Assembly (NCBI RefSeq): GCF_000143415.4
Contig: NW_003314398.1
Span: 278,005-342,004 of the forward strand
DNA: 64,000 bases
Reading direction: 5' to 3'
Origin: Selaginella moellendorffii
Lineage: Eukaryota > Plantae > Lycopodiophyta
Part shown: one piece after another, positions 37,130 to 50,401 of the stretch
Numbering within the stretch: the stretch's first letter is position 1
How the letters are laid out: every line of letters starts with the position of its first letter
The notes under the pieces: model-generated
The model's database searches: none
Seen by the model: only the letters and a program-made list of their open reading frames with translations
Told to the model about the DNA's origin: nothing
Program-made: the position numbers and the translations under genes

Positions 37130-39107
37130 AGTTGTTTACACGGTCACGCCCTTTTAACAGAATAAGGAACATCGACAGAGAGGCAAGTGATGTGACCAAT
37201 CGACAGTAGCTACCCTATGACTAGAAATTTCACCATGCACACGAAGTGCCGAAGCCAGTTTGCCTATACTGGCCCAAGTTCCAAGATCAATAGATGGACA
37301 ATATCAAAGTCAGAGACAATGATATCTAAGAGACTGAAGTATCAGTGAGTAAAGCTTAGATTAGAACACAAAAGTATTCCAAGTAAGTTATCATCTGATA
37401 AACTAGTATTATAGTATAGCAACCACCAAGATCATCATAATTGGTAAACATAGGAATCACCATCCAACAAAACTCAATAGCAAGCATATCAGCAAAAAAC
37501 TCAATGATAAAACTTAATTACTGAAGATGGCAGATAGTATGCTAAATAACTTACGAAAAATAACTCAAAGTAACTCAAAAAACACAAAGTATCATTGACT
37601 GGCAAGCAAAATGCTCACGAATGTATCACCCAAAAGTAATAACATCTCAATCTATCAGAGTTAACTCGAGCAATAATCAACAGAATAGAATGAATGTTGC
37701 ATGGCCAACAAACACTCGTTCATACCAATTATTACACTAGCTAATCTATATAGATCCTAGTCAATAATACCAACGAACTAGAGTCGCTTAAGCAAGTGTC
37801 AACAACGTCCTACTAACGTCTCAAACCCAAGAGACCAATTCACGGCAAACCACAAAGAACATGTGATATTGCGAAAAGCCATAAACCATCAAAAAGAACA
37901 ACTAACCATCATGAAAGATCATCAATCATCCCATCAAAAGAAGATATGCAAAATCATCATTAAAGAAGGAATCCACCATTGCAAAAAATGGCAAATCATT
38001 CTTTATCAACAATAATTAAACAAAACTTCAAACAAGAATAATCAATTATCCTAGATGATTGCCACATGCAAATACTAACTTCAACATTGAAGCTAATGAG
38101 CCAAAATGTCTTCCCCAACAACTTCTAACAAATGGACCATAAGCATGAAAACTCAAGGAACCAAAAGCTCAAAGAAGCTTATAGTCAAGTCTTGCCTAAT
38201 AATGATCACAAGTTTTGTATGAACTAACTTCAATGCTAAAGAAGAAATCATAGTGCAACCCACAATATCTTCCTTAACACATCCATAAGCCGAACTTCAT
38301 AATGCAAAGCTAATGAAGAGCATGTTTGCATCAATCCAAAAGCCAAACATAACGAAGTTATGCTCGACAAGTGATCACCAAACGATCCTCCATGAATCTA
38401 TCTATAGTAAGACGTAACTCACTTCATAACAAGCACAAGAAGAATCATCAATGATCGATATATTCCAACTCAAACCCAATAATGATTCAAACTTTCCAAT
38501 ATCGATCACTAACTCTTCCACTTGTAGAGTTAGCATAGTCCATGACTGAATCACTTTTCAAGGAAAAGCCAGAGCTCAACCCCTACTAAACAATCTTGTC
38601 GAGACTACAACTAACTCAAACTTGCCACTCAGTTCATTTGAATGCTAACGTAAGTGCTAACTAGCAAATGCACGAATGCCAATAACACAAGTCATAGCCA
38701 AATCATCAACACTATCTTCATCAAGACTAATGAAACTTGACATCAATCTTGCAGAGAGACATTTCATCCCACTTGAATCTCAATATCAACAATGTTAACG
38801 ACAAGGCATCACTTCAATGCCATCAGCACTAGAACAAAACTATAAGAAAACACGAGTGAATCACCACCCAAAACTCTCTTGCAACCAAGCTAGCCAAAGT
38901 CAAAGATACTATATTTAGTATCCGAAACCAATTCTTCAGCAAAACTCAGTTACAGATAACACTTCCTCAAGGAGTGAGTCACCACATCCAAGACTCAATG
39001 AAATTCAACACTACAAACTAAACGCAACCAAATGATATTAACAGAGGTAGAGTCGACATGCCAACATAGAAAACCCATGTAAGTCTAACGACACAATCCT
39101 CCGCAAC

Positions 39108-39781
39108 TGTAGCGCACCTTATCTCTCTCCCCTTAAGCCAACTGGAAAAGGGGCAATTGCTTGATAAGAGAGCCCTTAGTGGCTATTTTATCCCCATTTA
39201 TCCTCCAAGGTTCCAAGGATCCACGGTGACAGTATATCCAAATCTCATCCCATGATCACATGCGCTACACTCACCCCCCCTTCAGAGATGTCAATGTCCT
39301 CATTGACTATTGACTAACAACCCCTACTGAGCCAAGGGGAACCAGCACCTCCATTTCCGCACTCAATCTACCAATCCTTCCATTGTGTAGACCAGCTATT
39401 CCATGTGAGGCAACTAGTCATCCACCCATACCGCAGTCCCACGGTGGATACCTTCGTCCGAGGATACTCCACACAAGAGGAAGGACGTACGCCTGGATAT
39501 CCAATACGTACGATTTCAAATTTAGGGGTAGGAATATACCTTGCTCAAGGGTATATTATATTTTTAAGTAGCCACTAATCAATGGGAATCGAACCCATGC
39601 CATTTGCTCTAATACCAACTGTAACGCACTTTATCTCTCTCCCTTTAAGCCAACTGGAAAAGGGGCAATTGCTTGATGAGAGAGCCCTTAGTGGCTATTT
39701 TATTCCCATTTATCCCCCAAGGTTCCAAGGATCCACGGTGACAGTATATCCAAATCTCATCCCATGATCACATGCGCTACA
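39108..39781 (-). mobile_element. TRIM family T2, second full copy (674 bp)
   Basis: Reverse-complement match to 8183-8856; TSD GCAAC. Confidence 0.95.
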
Positions 39782-42700
39782 GCAACACCATTTGGTAAAG
39801 CAAGCCCATCATTGCCAAATCATCATAGAGTGAAGTAAGTGTCAAAAGCCCTTGACAAAGTCTATTAATAATCACTAGTCGCAAAACAACTAACAATCAT
39901 TCTTCAACTTGCCTTCACTAGACCCAACACTAAACTCATGCTATCGAGTCATATACTTGTCCAGCATGAACATAATACCCCAGATACGAGATAAAGGTTC
40001 ATGGACAAGCATGAACTAAATGACCACTCGAATCCAACTCAACCGCAATAAGCTCACCAATACGTTTAGCCAACAACTCTGAGAATGCCTTTTGAAGAGG
40101 CTAGCTATGCATGATCAACACTCAGTCGAAACTAAAGTGAAGATCATGAGATGGACTCATATCGGTACACAACCTCCTCATAGACAAAGCTATGGTACGG
40201 GTACCAACATCTCAAACTCAAACAACTAAGTTAAACATCACTATCTTCAACCAAAGTGCAGGGCTACCAAGACCAAATCAAGATCAGTGAGAGCTCATTA
40301 CTCTCATAGAGTCTCAACAAAATGCAAGGTGCAACCTACCACCTAGCACAATACTACAAAAGAAAGGCACAAGGGTCACCTTTCTAGAAAAGTGCAATAG
40401 CCACTTTTTTTCACCAACTCCAGACTCTATCCAACTCAATTGCCTTAGCCCCAAAAGTCAGCATCCCTTTTGGGCCGTATCATACAAATTACCTACTAAA
40501 ATCTAAGCCAATTGAAGTCAACTCCAATCCCTTCACTAGTTTGTACTGGCTTACGAAAATGAAATGGTTTTCAGACAAAGTGATCAACAGATCAACCATT
40601 GGAAAAGCTTAAGAAAATTTGTAAAAATTTTCCATCCCAAAGAAAGAATGACTCTCAGTCCAGGAAGGCAAACTTTCAAGACTCAATCAACTTCTTCCTA
40701 CTAACAACTTCACATAGGTTCACCTCAACACAAATTCTCATGACCCATAATATGCTTAAGCCTCAAACATCTCTTTTTGCCCATACTTCCGACATCCAAC
40801 TCCAACATCCGAAAAATGCAAAAATGAACATCCAAGGCTTGATCACGAAAACCACATCTTCAGATATCCATATTGCACTAACACTCTTCTTCAATCACCT
40901 TCAAGATCCAATGTGAAGCCAAAACACTAATAAGAAAAATGACATGGAAAATCAAGTTTTAAAGAAAGTTCCCCATCACTCAAAATAACAATGCCACTTC
41001 CACTAACATAAGTGCTAGTGATGTTAATGCCTTAACTACACACCTTCTCCATCCAACAATCTACTCCAAGTGTTAACGGATCAACCAACAAGCCATAGCA
41101 AGTGAATGCTACAACCCTTTTCTAACACCACAGTGGGCAAACTCAAAGAAACAAGGTACCAACATAAGCTTAACATAATTAAACCATTATTGAGAATCTA
41201 GTCAAAGCTACTACAATGCTATTTCTTGCAAATAGGCTAGCTTCTCCATCAACCACTTTGGGGTTGATCATCGTCTAACCAAGCAACTTCATAAACACAT
41301 TACTCATTATCACATGGATATGATATAGTATCACAATGACTTGATCATCAATTGAGCAACACCATAAGCGATGTCTATGCTATTACTACAAAGATTTATG
41401 TGAGTATCAAGTGCAAACTCGATTTGACAAAATGCAACATAAATGCCACACTCCACCAATAGAGATTTATAACACTGAACACCACCAACTTTTGTTCACA
41501 ACATGGACAAGTTCATGCCACTCTTTTTCTGACCAAACTCAAAACTAATCCATCACCAAGTTACTCAAGGAGCAATAGTAAGGTTCCCTAGAAAAGAATC
41601 GAGCATTACAACCCAAATCTTCAAAAGCAAGCTTAGACAAAATGGTTTAGCGCTTCACCGCTATGCATCCCACGACTCACCACTTGCAAAACCATTATCT
41701 CCAACATGCATCAAGGTAGGGACTCTTGATTGCATAATGTGACCACAAGCAATGAGTCACACCTCGTTGCAAATCATCTCTCCAAGAAGAGAAGATGACT
41801 TACGTGTTTGATCTTTTGTCCCCGATGACTCTCTTTTCGTTCTCAACTTTGACTAAACCTCAAGCTTGCGTTCGCACTACCTTCGATGTCTATGTCATTA
41901 CTTCAAAGGTTTATGTGAGTATCAAGTGCAAACTCGATTCGACAGAATGCAACATAAATGTCAAACTCCACCGATAGAGATTTACAACATTCAACACCAC
42001 TAACTTTTATTCACAACACGGACAAACTTATGCCACTCTCTTTTCAACAAAACTCAAAATTAATCCAACACTAAGCTACTCAAAGAACAATAGCAAGGTT
42101 TCCCAGAAAAGAATTGAGCACTGTAACTCAAGTCTTCCAATAGCAAACTTAGACAAAATGGTTTAGCACTTCACCGCTATCCATCCCATAACTCACCATT
42201 TGTAAGACTATCATCTCCAAGATGCATCAAGGTAAGGACTCTTGATTGCATAATATGAACACGAGCAATGAGTTAACACTTTGTTGCAAATCATCTCTCC
42301 AAGAATAGAAAATGATTTACATGTTTGATCCTTCGTCCCCGATGACTCTCTTTTCAGTCTCATCTTTGACTAAACCTCAAGCTTGCTTTCGCACTGCCTT
42401 CAGTCTAATCTAAGAAAAGTTTATAAGAGAGCACGGCAACAATTACTTGAATCAATAGACTCATCCCTACAACCTTAATTGATCCACTTGTAACCATGCC
42501 TAAGAAGGATCCACTAGTGCCATGCTAAATAGCTATGGACCAGCCTATTGCCACTCATAGCAAACCCAGGGAAAGTTTACTTTCACTCATGGTACATGGA
42601 ACAACTCATGGAACCACCGATAGGCTAACATTAATCCTGCCAACTCAAAGTGTAATCTCGAGTTGTTAATGTGCCTCACTCACAAGCCCAAGCACAAACT

Positions 42701-44075
42701 CATGCTACCAGAACAACTCAATCCCTCTTATAAGCCCAAGAGCAAGCTCATATTATTACAGTACAAAAGGGAACCAAATCCATACCCAAGGAACAATTGC
42801 GAAGTCTTTGCACCCAAATGTGTACCCACTCGGATCATCGTTTTCATCTCTGCATATGCAATGAGACTAGTTGCACAATCTCATTGTATAGTACTCACTG
42901 AGACTCATTCTCTGATACCAAATGTAGCGCACGTGGTTTTTACCCTTTATCCTATGGTGGTTTACCATAGGATAACACCACGAAGCGGAACCTAAACCCT
43001 CTTTATGCCACATGACACATGCCACATATCATATGCCACATGTCCATAGGACAGTGGTGTGGAACCCAAGGTTCAAGGCCTTGGGCCACTGAACGAAGGA
43101 ATGGTGCCAAACTCCCAAACATGGAGCCAAGGAATGATGGAACCGGTCCACGAAGCAACTCCCGAGTATACAGCCCAAGGAGCAAAGGAACAGGAGCCCG
43201 GAGTGACTTGGAACAGTCCTGGAGCAACCAGCATCCCAATGCCAGGACCAGCACACAAAACGGAGCCAAATGGAGTCTGGCGCTATTTCGGCATATCGGT
43301 GGTTTAACGCGAGGACATGGGTACTGCTAGCATGGAATGGAACTTGGGCTTAGACCCAAGCCGAACACAGAACAAGGACAGGCACGCAAACAAGAGCTAG
43401 ATTATGCCTCAGGTTGGTTGGCCATACCCGACGTACCCATTATCCCTACTATACATTTTAGAACCCCCCAAAACCCCCCCCCCCCCCCCCCCCCTTCCCC
43501 TTTGAGGAACACACGTTTTGGGCTTTCAACCCTTAGTACCAGGAGTTAGTCTTTGGGATAAGCTTGAAACTTGTTAAATATGGAATGGCACTAGATTACG
43601 AATTTGGACACGAGACGAACACCATTGTGTTCAGGACAATCTCTACATTCCGTAGATATGCCAAATGAGCAAATCTGGACACTTTCCATAAATAGCATTT
43701 GGGACCGAATTGAGATTAACACAAAGGGCATGATAACAAGGGTGTTTGGCAAACATGATAAGCTATCATCTAGCAATATTGAGGGACCAAGCTCAATATC
43801 GCGGGGGTTCTCAACACTAGCAAATGCAAGTCAACGAATGAATTTCTCTAACCAGGTCAAGTATGCTTGACTAAATAGACACTTAGGAATTCCTTCCTTA
43901 TGCTCATCTGGTCAAGTGCACATGCGAAGACTAATTTCTCGACTAGCCTAGGCGGATACTGATAACGGGCCCAATAATACCAACCTCCTGCCATCGTGGC
44001 AGTAAGGTAAGAGTGTTTGTAAGGACTAGCCGACAGGTAACTTTCAATACCCGAAGTCACAGTCACGACAATCAT

Positions 44076-45470
44076 GAAGCCTGAAGATGGTTAATGGATT
44101 TTCAAGTAATGGTAAGTTTGTTACACAACTTACAATCCTAGAAGTATCTAAGATAGTGGCTTTATATGGTAGATAGCTCCAAATAATGAGTTTATCTATT
44201 TCCAAACTTTGTTCAACCTAGAGCTCCAAACACTAAATTTCAAGGTGGTCTATGGTAATGTAATTGGAGGAGCCTTGATCTAGGAGATAGTTATTATTGA
44301 TGGGGGTGGCTCATGTGAAAATGCTATCAGGGGCCATCCTTTAGATTCCCTGAAATGTAAACTCTAATAGTATTAATCTCTATCATTGTTTATATATTCT
44401 CTTATGCTTTGTTTTCTCCAATCTAAAGGATTGTTTATAAATGGTGAGGGGAATTTCTATTGACACTTGCAAAAGCCAACACAATTGAGAAACCTGCATC
44501 AAAGAAAGAAGGACATGGTAAGTATTGTATATGCTTTTAAATTGCATCTTCACAAAGTTGTTTTTTCTTTCCTTAGGCTATATACATTAGGTGGCTTTTA
44601 TTTTTAGCATTTTAGAACAATGCTCAAGTATTAAAGGGTTATTGCCACTAGGGAGGTTCTTAGTCTAGATGATCACAGACTCAATCAAGGAGGAGTTTAC
44701 AAATAATACTTGAAGTGTTACACACCAAAGGTATGGAATTTTTTGGATATACTATATAAGGCAATAGCTTGCATAGACCGAATAACCAACGCAAGACTAT
44801 GGACTACATGTTGGAGAATAACAATACCATTACATACTTGAACACATATGCAAGATTGGTGAACATCAATACTGATAATGAAGAGGTCATCAAGCATTGT
44901 ATAAGAGTGGTTGTCTAGAAATTTTTGTTCAATAATTTGAGTGCAGTGGGGGATTGGCTACAAGCTGGATTCTACCATTCCATGGTCATAGAAGCTAAGC
45001 ACCGGTTGCATATGAGTGGCATTTTACTTGGAGCACTTACTTGCATTGGGACAGATGCACTATGTCAAGCATTCAAAGTGCAAACAATGATCAACACGAG
45101 AGAACTCTTTAACTGTTTGGTTTTTAGATCAAATTTTAGTGACAACTAAATGCAATGGATTGAGGAGGTAATTAGAGGTAAGTACAATGTTTCTTTTGTC
45201 TTGTTCATTAGCTCTAACTGTGTAATGCCAGAGATGAGTTCCAAATGGTTGTCACTACTCCACAACTTTGTGGTGGACTCACCAAAATTCCATCTATGGT
45301 CACCAATCTGTATCAATTGTGACACCTCTAATACAAATTCAACCCGCTACCCAACTCTATCAATGTGCACTCACTCCATTACCTTCCCACAAAGCTACCC
45401 AACGAAGAAATGGCTTAAAAAGAAGCTTGAATTTGCTATTCAAAACCCCTTGTACTATGGAAATATTTAA
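44076..45470 (+). pseudogene. HECT-type E3 ubiquitin ligase pseudogene (C-terminal domain)
   Basis: Removing a 54-bp intron (45178-45231) gives MQWIEEVIREMSSKWLSLLHNFVVDSP...RYPTLSMCTHSITFPQSYPTKKWLKKKLEFAIQNPLYYG, which fits the HECT C-lobe with the catalytic Cys at 45366-45368. An IDGGG motif occurs near 44296. In-frame stop at 45147. Confidence 0.7.
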
Positions 45471-47319
45471 GAACTTTTGAGAGCATATGATTTTGTCCTT
45501 GTTAAACACTTTTCAACTATGTTATCCTCAGAACTTAAATGAAAAGAAGACTTACCTAGATCTTCCACTATTAGAAATAAACTAGATGAAGATTGTGACA
45601 AACACCCATTATAGCCTTTTGTCACCATACTCTCTAGCTTTGGAACTAATAGTTGTGTTTATCAACGATGAGATTAGAGAATTTATAGTTGGAGAGAAAA
45701 TTGAGTTGTGGGCATGATCTTGATTAAAGATATCATCTTTGAAGTCTTCTTCAGCTGTCCAATACCCTTCTTCAGTTATAATGTACCTGTTGTCATCATT
45801 CATATCACTTGCTATGTTTCTATTGATGTGCAAGGGATTATGAGGATTATGAGAGATGGCTTTGGTGACAATCTATCTTGGCATACTATTTTGTCTTAAT
45901 CTACAATGACTGTAACTCGTTAATGGTGTGTAGTTTGCAAACAAAAATGAGTGGTTGCCTTCTAGATAGATAAGTAGAATGGAGAGGCTTTTGGAACACT
46001 TACAAGGCCCAAATTTGGTGTGGGCAAGATTCAAGCCCACAGGTTTTGGAACCAAGAAAGTTACAAACCTTAATCACAAACACACAACTAGTAATGTAAA
46101 CATATATTTAAAACATGAATCTTACCAAAGTTTCTATAATCCACCAATCTTTAAATAGGCTGACTCTTCTTCCATGGCACAAGCAGTACAAAGGGTAATT
46201 CAGCCCCATTATCAAAACATAACCTTACAAATACAAAATAATCTACTCAGGAGAGGGATAGATAATATAACCCATAGATACTCCAATTTGGGTATTTGGG
46301 AGATCCAATTGCCTTTTCCTCTAAAACAACGATGGCTAAGTCTTGAATGGGTATGATGGATATATTATAGGGATAGGCATGTATGACATATAGGATACAG
46401 GGGATGGGGTCATTCAAATGGCTATAATGGCCATCCCAGAAATTCACAAGAAAATTTCAGTTGGGCAAAGGTATATTTAAGAGATATTCCAAGGTGTATT
46501 GGAATTTCACGAGACATATTATAAATGCACCAATGAGAAGATGCCATGTGGCACATAGGTTTTCTGCTCAAGTATACAAATAGCATGCCATATGACACAA
46601 TAAAGGAAAAAATATCAAAATTATCCATATATCTTAGGATATATTTCAATCTAGTAAGTGTGTTTTGGCCTCTCACTGGAGAAAGAAAAATGGCACTGCC
46701 ACCTCTCCTTCCCCATGGGCAAGAAGTCAGTAAGACCCAGCCAGTACAAATATCTAAGCTATATATATTGAGCAATATCAAGATGTGGAAATCAAGGAAT
46801 ATAACCTTGAGTGGCAGCAAAGCAAACAGCCTATATCATTACATAGGTGCAATATAAACTTGTTGCATACTAATATAACAGTCACCATTTTTGAGTTAAG
46901 GTGGGTCAATAAGCTCATCCATAACTTCTTCAATATTACCAAATTTGCAATAGTGCCCAAGTAAAATTTATGTGTTCCTTGATTTGTAATATATTTTTGA
47001 GGTAAACTGTACTTAGTGATAATGCTAACCTGTAATAAAGTATTATTTTGCCTTTTCTCAATCAAACCATAATAAGTTAATTCTCAGATTACTACTATCA
47101 AAGTTAACAATTTAGTAGAATAACATTTGCAGCAAAAGAATAAATGTAACCTAGTAAATTATACTAGAACATCTATAAATTTAAATTTTTTCCTATCAAG
47201 TTATAGGTGAAATTAAATTTAATAAACTATGATTTCACTTAGAAGTGAAACATAATAAAATGAGCTTCCAACTTCCACTTCATCAAAAAACTTATTTCTA
47301 GGAGAATATTCTACTTGAA

Positions 47320-48686
47320 TATGAGTAAGCAATCTAGTCCCATTCCATATTTAGTATCTTTTCATGATTGTCCTAAAGAGTAACTCCTAAGACTTAAGTG
47401 AAAGCCCAAAGCATACATTCCTTTACGGGATGGTATGGAGATTAAGTTTTGACCCAAGTTGGACTCAAAACAAGGAAAAGCACGCAAATGGGAATTAAAC
47501 TATGCCTTAAGTTGGTGGAGTGCTTATATCTTCACATTAAGCTACTAGTATATTAAATTAGCACCAATGTAGCATATGTGATCATGAGATGAAATTTGGA
47601 TATACTGTCACCATGGATCCTTGGAATCTTGGGGGATAAATGGGGATAAAATAGCCACTAAGGGCTCTCTCATCAAGCAATTGCCCCTTTTCCAGTTGGC
47701 TTAAAGGGAGAGAAATAAGATGCACTGTAGTTGGTATCGGAGCAAATGGCACGGGTTCGATTCCCATTGATTAATGGCTATTTAAAAATATAATATACCC
47801 TTGAGTAAGGTATATTCCTACCTCTAAATTTAAAATCATACGTATTGGGCATCCATACATACATCCTTCCTCTTGTGTGGAGTATCTACGGACGAAAGTA
47901 TCCACCATAAGACTGCGGTACGGGTGGATGACTAATTGTCTCACATGGAATAGCTAGTCTACACAATAGAAAAATTGGTACATTTAGTGTGGAAATGGAG
48001 GTGCAATAGTCAATAGTCAATAGTCAAAAGATTGGAGGTGCAATAGTCAATAGTCAATAGTCAAAAGATTGGTACATTTAGTGTGGAAATGGAGGTGCAA
48101 TAGTCAATAGTCAATAATCAATGAGGACATTGACATCTCTAAAGGGGGGGTGAATGTAATAAAGTGCGCTACAACCAAACTTATATGAGCCATTTCGTGC
48201 TCCAGTTCATTCGCTCCTTGATTATACTTTCAGAGTTTGTTCTATCCTTTCATTCAATGGCCCAAGGCCTTGAAATTTAAATTCCACTCTATTACCCTTG
48301 GCCCACGTGTCCAAGGGTTACATTCTACTTTATGGTTATCCTATAGTATATCACTATAAGGTAGAAGGTGAAAACTATATATATTACATTTAGTATCAAA
48401 CGATATATCTCAGTAAGTACTATCTAATGAGATTGGGTAGTTGTATATGTAGTGATAAAAATGATTATTTGAGTGGGTACACATTTCATTGCTATGACTT
48501 TACATGAATCTTTACCAATTGCATGAGCTTTCACTTGGGCTCATAAAATGGATGTGAGATATACCATTTACATGAGTTTGTGCTTGGGCTCATGAGAGTA
48601 TATTAGCAACTTAATGTGACACTTTAAGTTGGTAGATTAATATTGGTGTATTAGTGGTTATCATAAATGCTTCATATTTCTGTAGA
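47320..48686 (+). mobile_element. Heavily decayed family-A 5' LTR and start of internal region
   Basis: GTGAAAGCCCAAAGC motif, LTR-end hairpin relic, end ...ATTACA near 48388 followed by a PBS relic TAGTATCAAA; runs into the gap. Confidence 0.65.
47568..48173 (+). mobile_element. TRIM family T2, third copy with internally deleted 3' LTR
   Basis: TSD ACCAA; PBS TGGTATCGGAGC; internal CAATAGT tandem expansions at 48004-48122. Confidence 0.88.
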
Positions 48687-49441
48687 NNNNNNNNNNNNNN
48701 NNNNNNNNNNNNNNNNNNNNNNNNNNNNNNNNNNNNNNNNNNNNNNNNNNNNNNNNNNNNNNNNNNNNNNNNNNNNNNNNNNNNNNNNNNNNNNNNNNNN
48801 NNNNNNNNNNNNNNNNNNNNNNNNNNNNNNNNNNNNNNNNNNNNNNNNNNNNNNNNNNNNNNNNNNNNNNNNNNNNNNNNNNNNNNNNNNNNNNNNNNNN
48901 NNNNNNNNNNNNNNNNNNNNNNNNNNNNNNNNNNNNNNNNNNNNNNNNNNNNNNNNNNNNNNNNNNNNNNNNNNNNNNNNNNNNNNNNNNNNNNNNNNNN
49001 NNNNNNNNNNNNNNNNNNNNNNNNNNNNNNNNNNNNNNNNNNNNNNNNNNNNNNNNNNNNNNNNNNNNNNNNNNNNNNNNNNNNNNNNNNNNNNNNNNNN
49101 NNNNNNNNNNNNNNNNNNNNNNNNNNNNNNNNNNNNNNNNNNNNNNNNNNNNNNNNNNNNNNNNNNNNNNNNNNNNNNNNNNNNNNNNNNNNNNNNNNNN
49201 NNNNNNNNNNNNNNNNNNNNNNNNNNNNNNNNNNNNNNNNNNNNNNNNNNNNNNNNNNNNNNNNNNNNNNNNNNNNNNNNNNNNNNNNNNNNNNNNNNNN
49301 NNNNNNNNNNNNNNNNNNNNNNNNNNNNNNNNNNNNNNNNNNNNNNNNNNNNNNNNNNNNNNNNNNNNNNNNNNNNNNNNNNNNNNNNNNNNNNNNNNNN
49401 NNNNNNNNNNNNNNNNNNNNNNNNNNNNNNNNNNNNNNNNN
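48687..49441. other. Assembly gap (N run); 100-N gaps also at 53928-54027 and 60618-60717
   Basis: Runs of N. Confidence 1.
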
Positions 49442-49740
49442 CATGATGAATATAAGAGGTTCAAAACAAGAGAGGGAGCACCATAAAACAGGTGTCAGTT
49501 CGTGTTAGTTATGAGTTGATCATAGTTTCTTATGCATATAATTATGTGTTAAGCATGAAACAAACTAGTATAATTTTTTCTTCAAAAGGAGTAAAGTTAT
49601 AGCTTTTGCTAATGCTGATCTCATTGGTGACTATAATGATAGAAGATCTAACAAGAAATAATAATTAAGCTTTCTCAAATTGCAAGATGAAAAATATAGA
49701 AATTATAACATTTCTTTAAAACCCATTGAAGCCACAACTT
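49442..49740 (+). pseudogene. Ty1/copia RNase H relic
   Basis: KVIAFANADLIGDYNDRRS resembles the copia GYSDADWAGD..DRRST motif. Confidence 0.6.
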
Positions 49741-49943
49741 CAATAGTTGTAAGTATATTCCTATTTTTTGTTTTCATTCTTGTTCTTGTTAAAAATAGAG
49801 CAATTAGCTTTCTTTCAAGCTATTTGATATTTTTTGGTTTCTTAAGCAAACCTCTAGAGGTATATGTAGAATATGTAGTTGCTATTCATTTATATTAATT
49901 TTATATTTATAATATAAACACTTCATAACCATTTAATAGCTTT

Positions 49944-50347
49944 TTTTGGTTTGCTTAATTGGTGGTAGTGAATATACCTAGAATATTCTTGGATATTCTA
50001 GGATATTCTACCATCTAACAGTTGTTATTTATTTAGATTAATCTTATATTTATAATTTATAAACATGTTTATAATTTATAAACTTTCCTAATAACTTCCT
50101 AGTATATTCTAGTTTATTCTATCATCTAATTCAATAAGATTAATCTTGTGTTTATAAGTTACAAATATGTTTATAATTATATATGATCAATTAAATTAAT
50201 AAATAGAAATAACACTACTATTAAGAAAATCAAGAGTTGCTGCATATAATGTGCAGCAAATTATTTATAAATTATAAACATGTTTATAATTATAAACTTT
50301 CTATTATTTAATAAATAGTACTAAAGTACTATTAAGCAAAACCAAAC
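49944..50347. repeat. AT-rich MITE/foldback-like repeat; related copy at about 57560-57915
   Basis: Imperfect inverted ends TTGGTTTGCTTAAT / ATTAAGCAAAACCAA; core CTTGGATATTCTAGGATATTCTACCATCTAA shared with about 57694-57724. Confidence 0.5.
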
Positions 50348-50401
50348 ATTACTATAACAAATTATTTTACCTTGCACTACTGATTTTGATCAACCAGGCC
50401 A

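Larger units (their letters stand above)
35425..44070 (-). mobile_element. Family-A LTR retrotransposon copy A3, structurally complete, non-coding
   Basis: LTRs 35425-36559 and 42923-44070; TSD ATCAT (35420-35424, 44071-44075); PBS TGGTATCAGA (minus, 42911-42920); PPT TAGGGGGAGAG (minus, 36560-36570). Internal tandem duplication of about 515 bp at 41369-42400. Confidence 0.95.

Noticed and set aside
12416-44070. One giant foldback element with multi-kb inverted arms around the DNA transposon
   Set aside because: The arms are independent family-A retroelements in opposite orientation (A3 has its own TSD) plus a local templated copy.
48611-49508. 259-284 aa ORFs
   Set aside because: Translations of the N gap.
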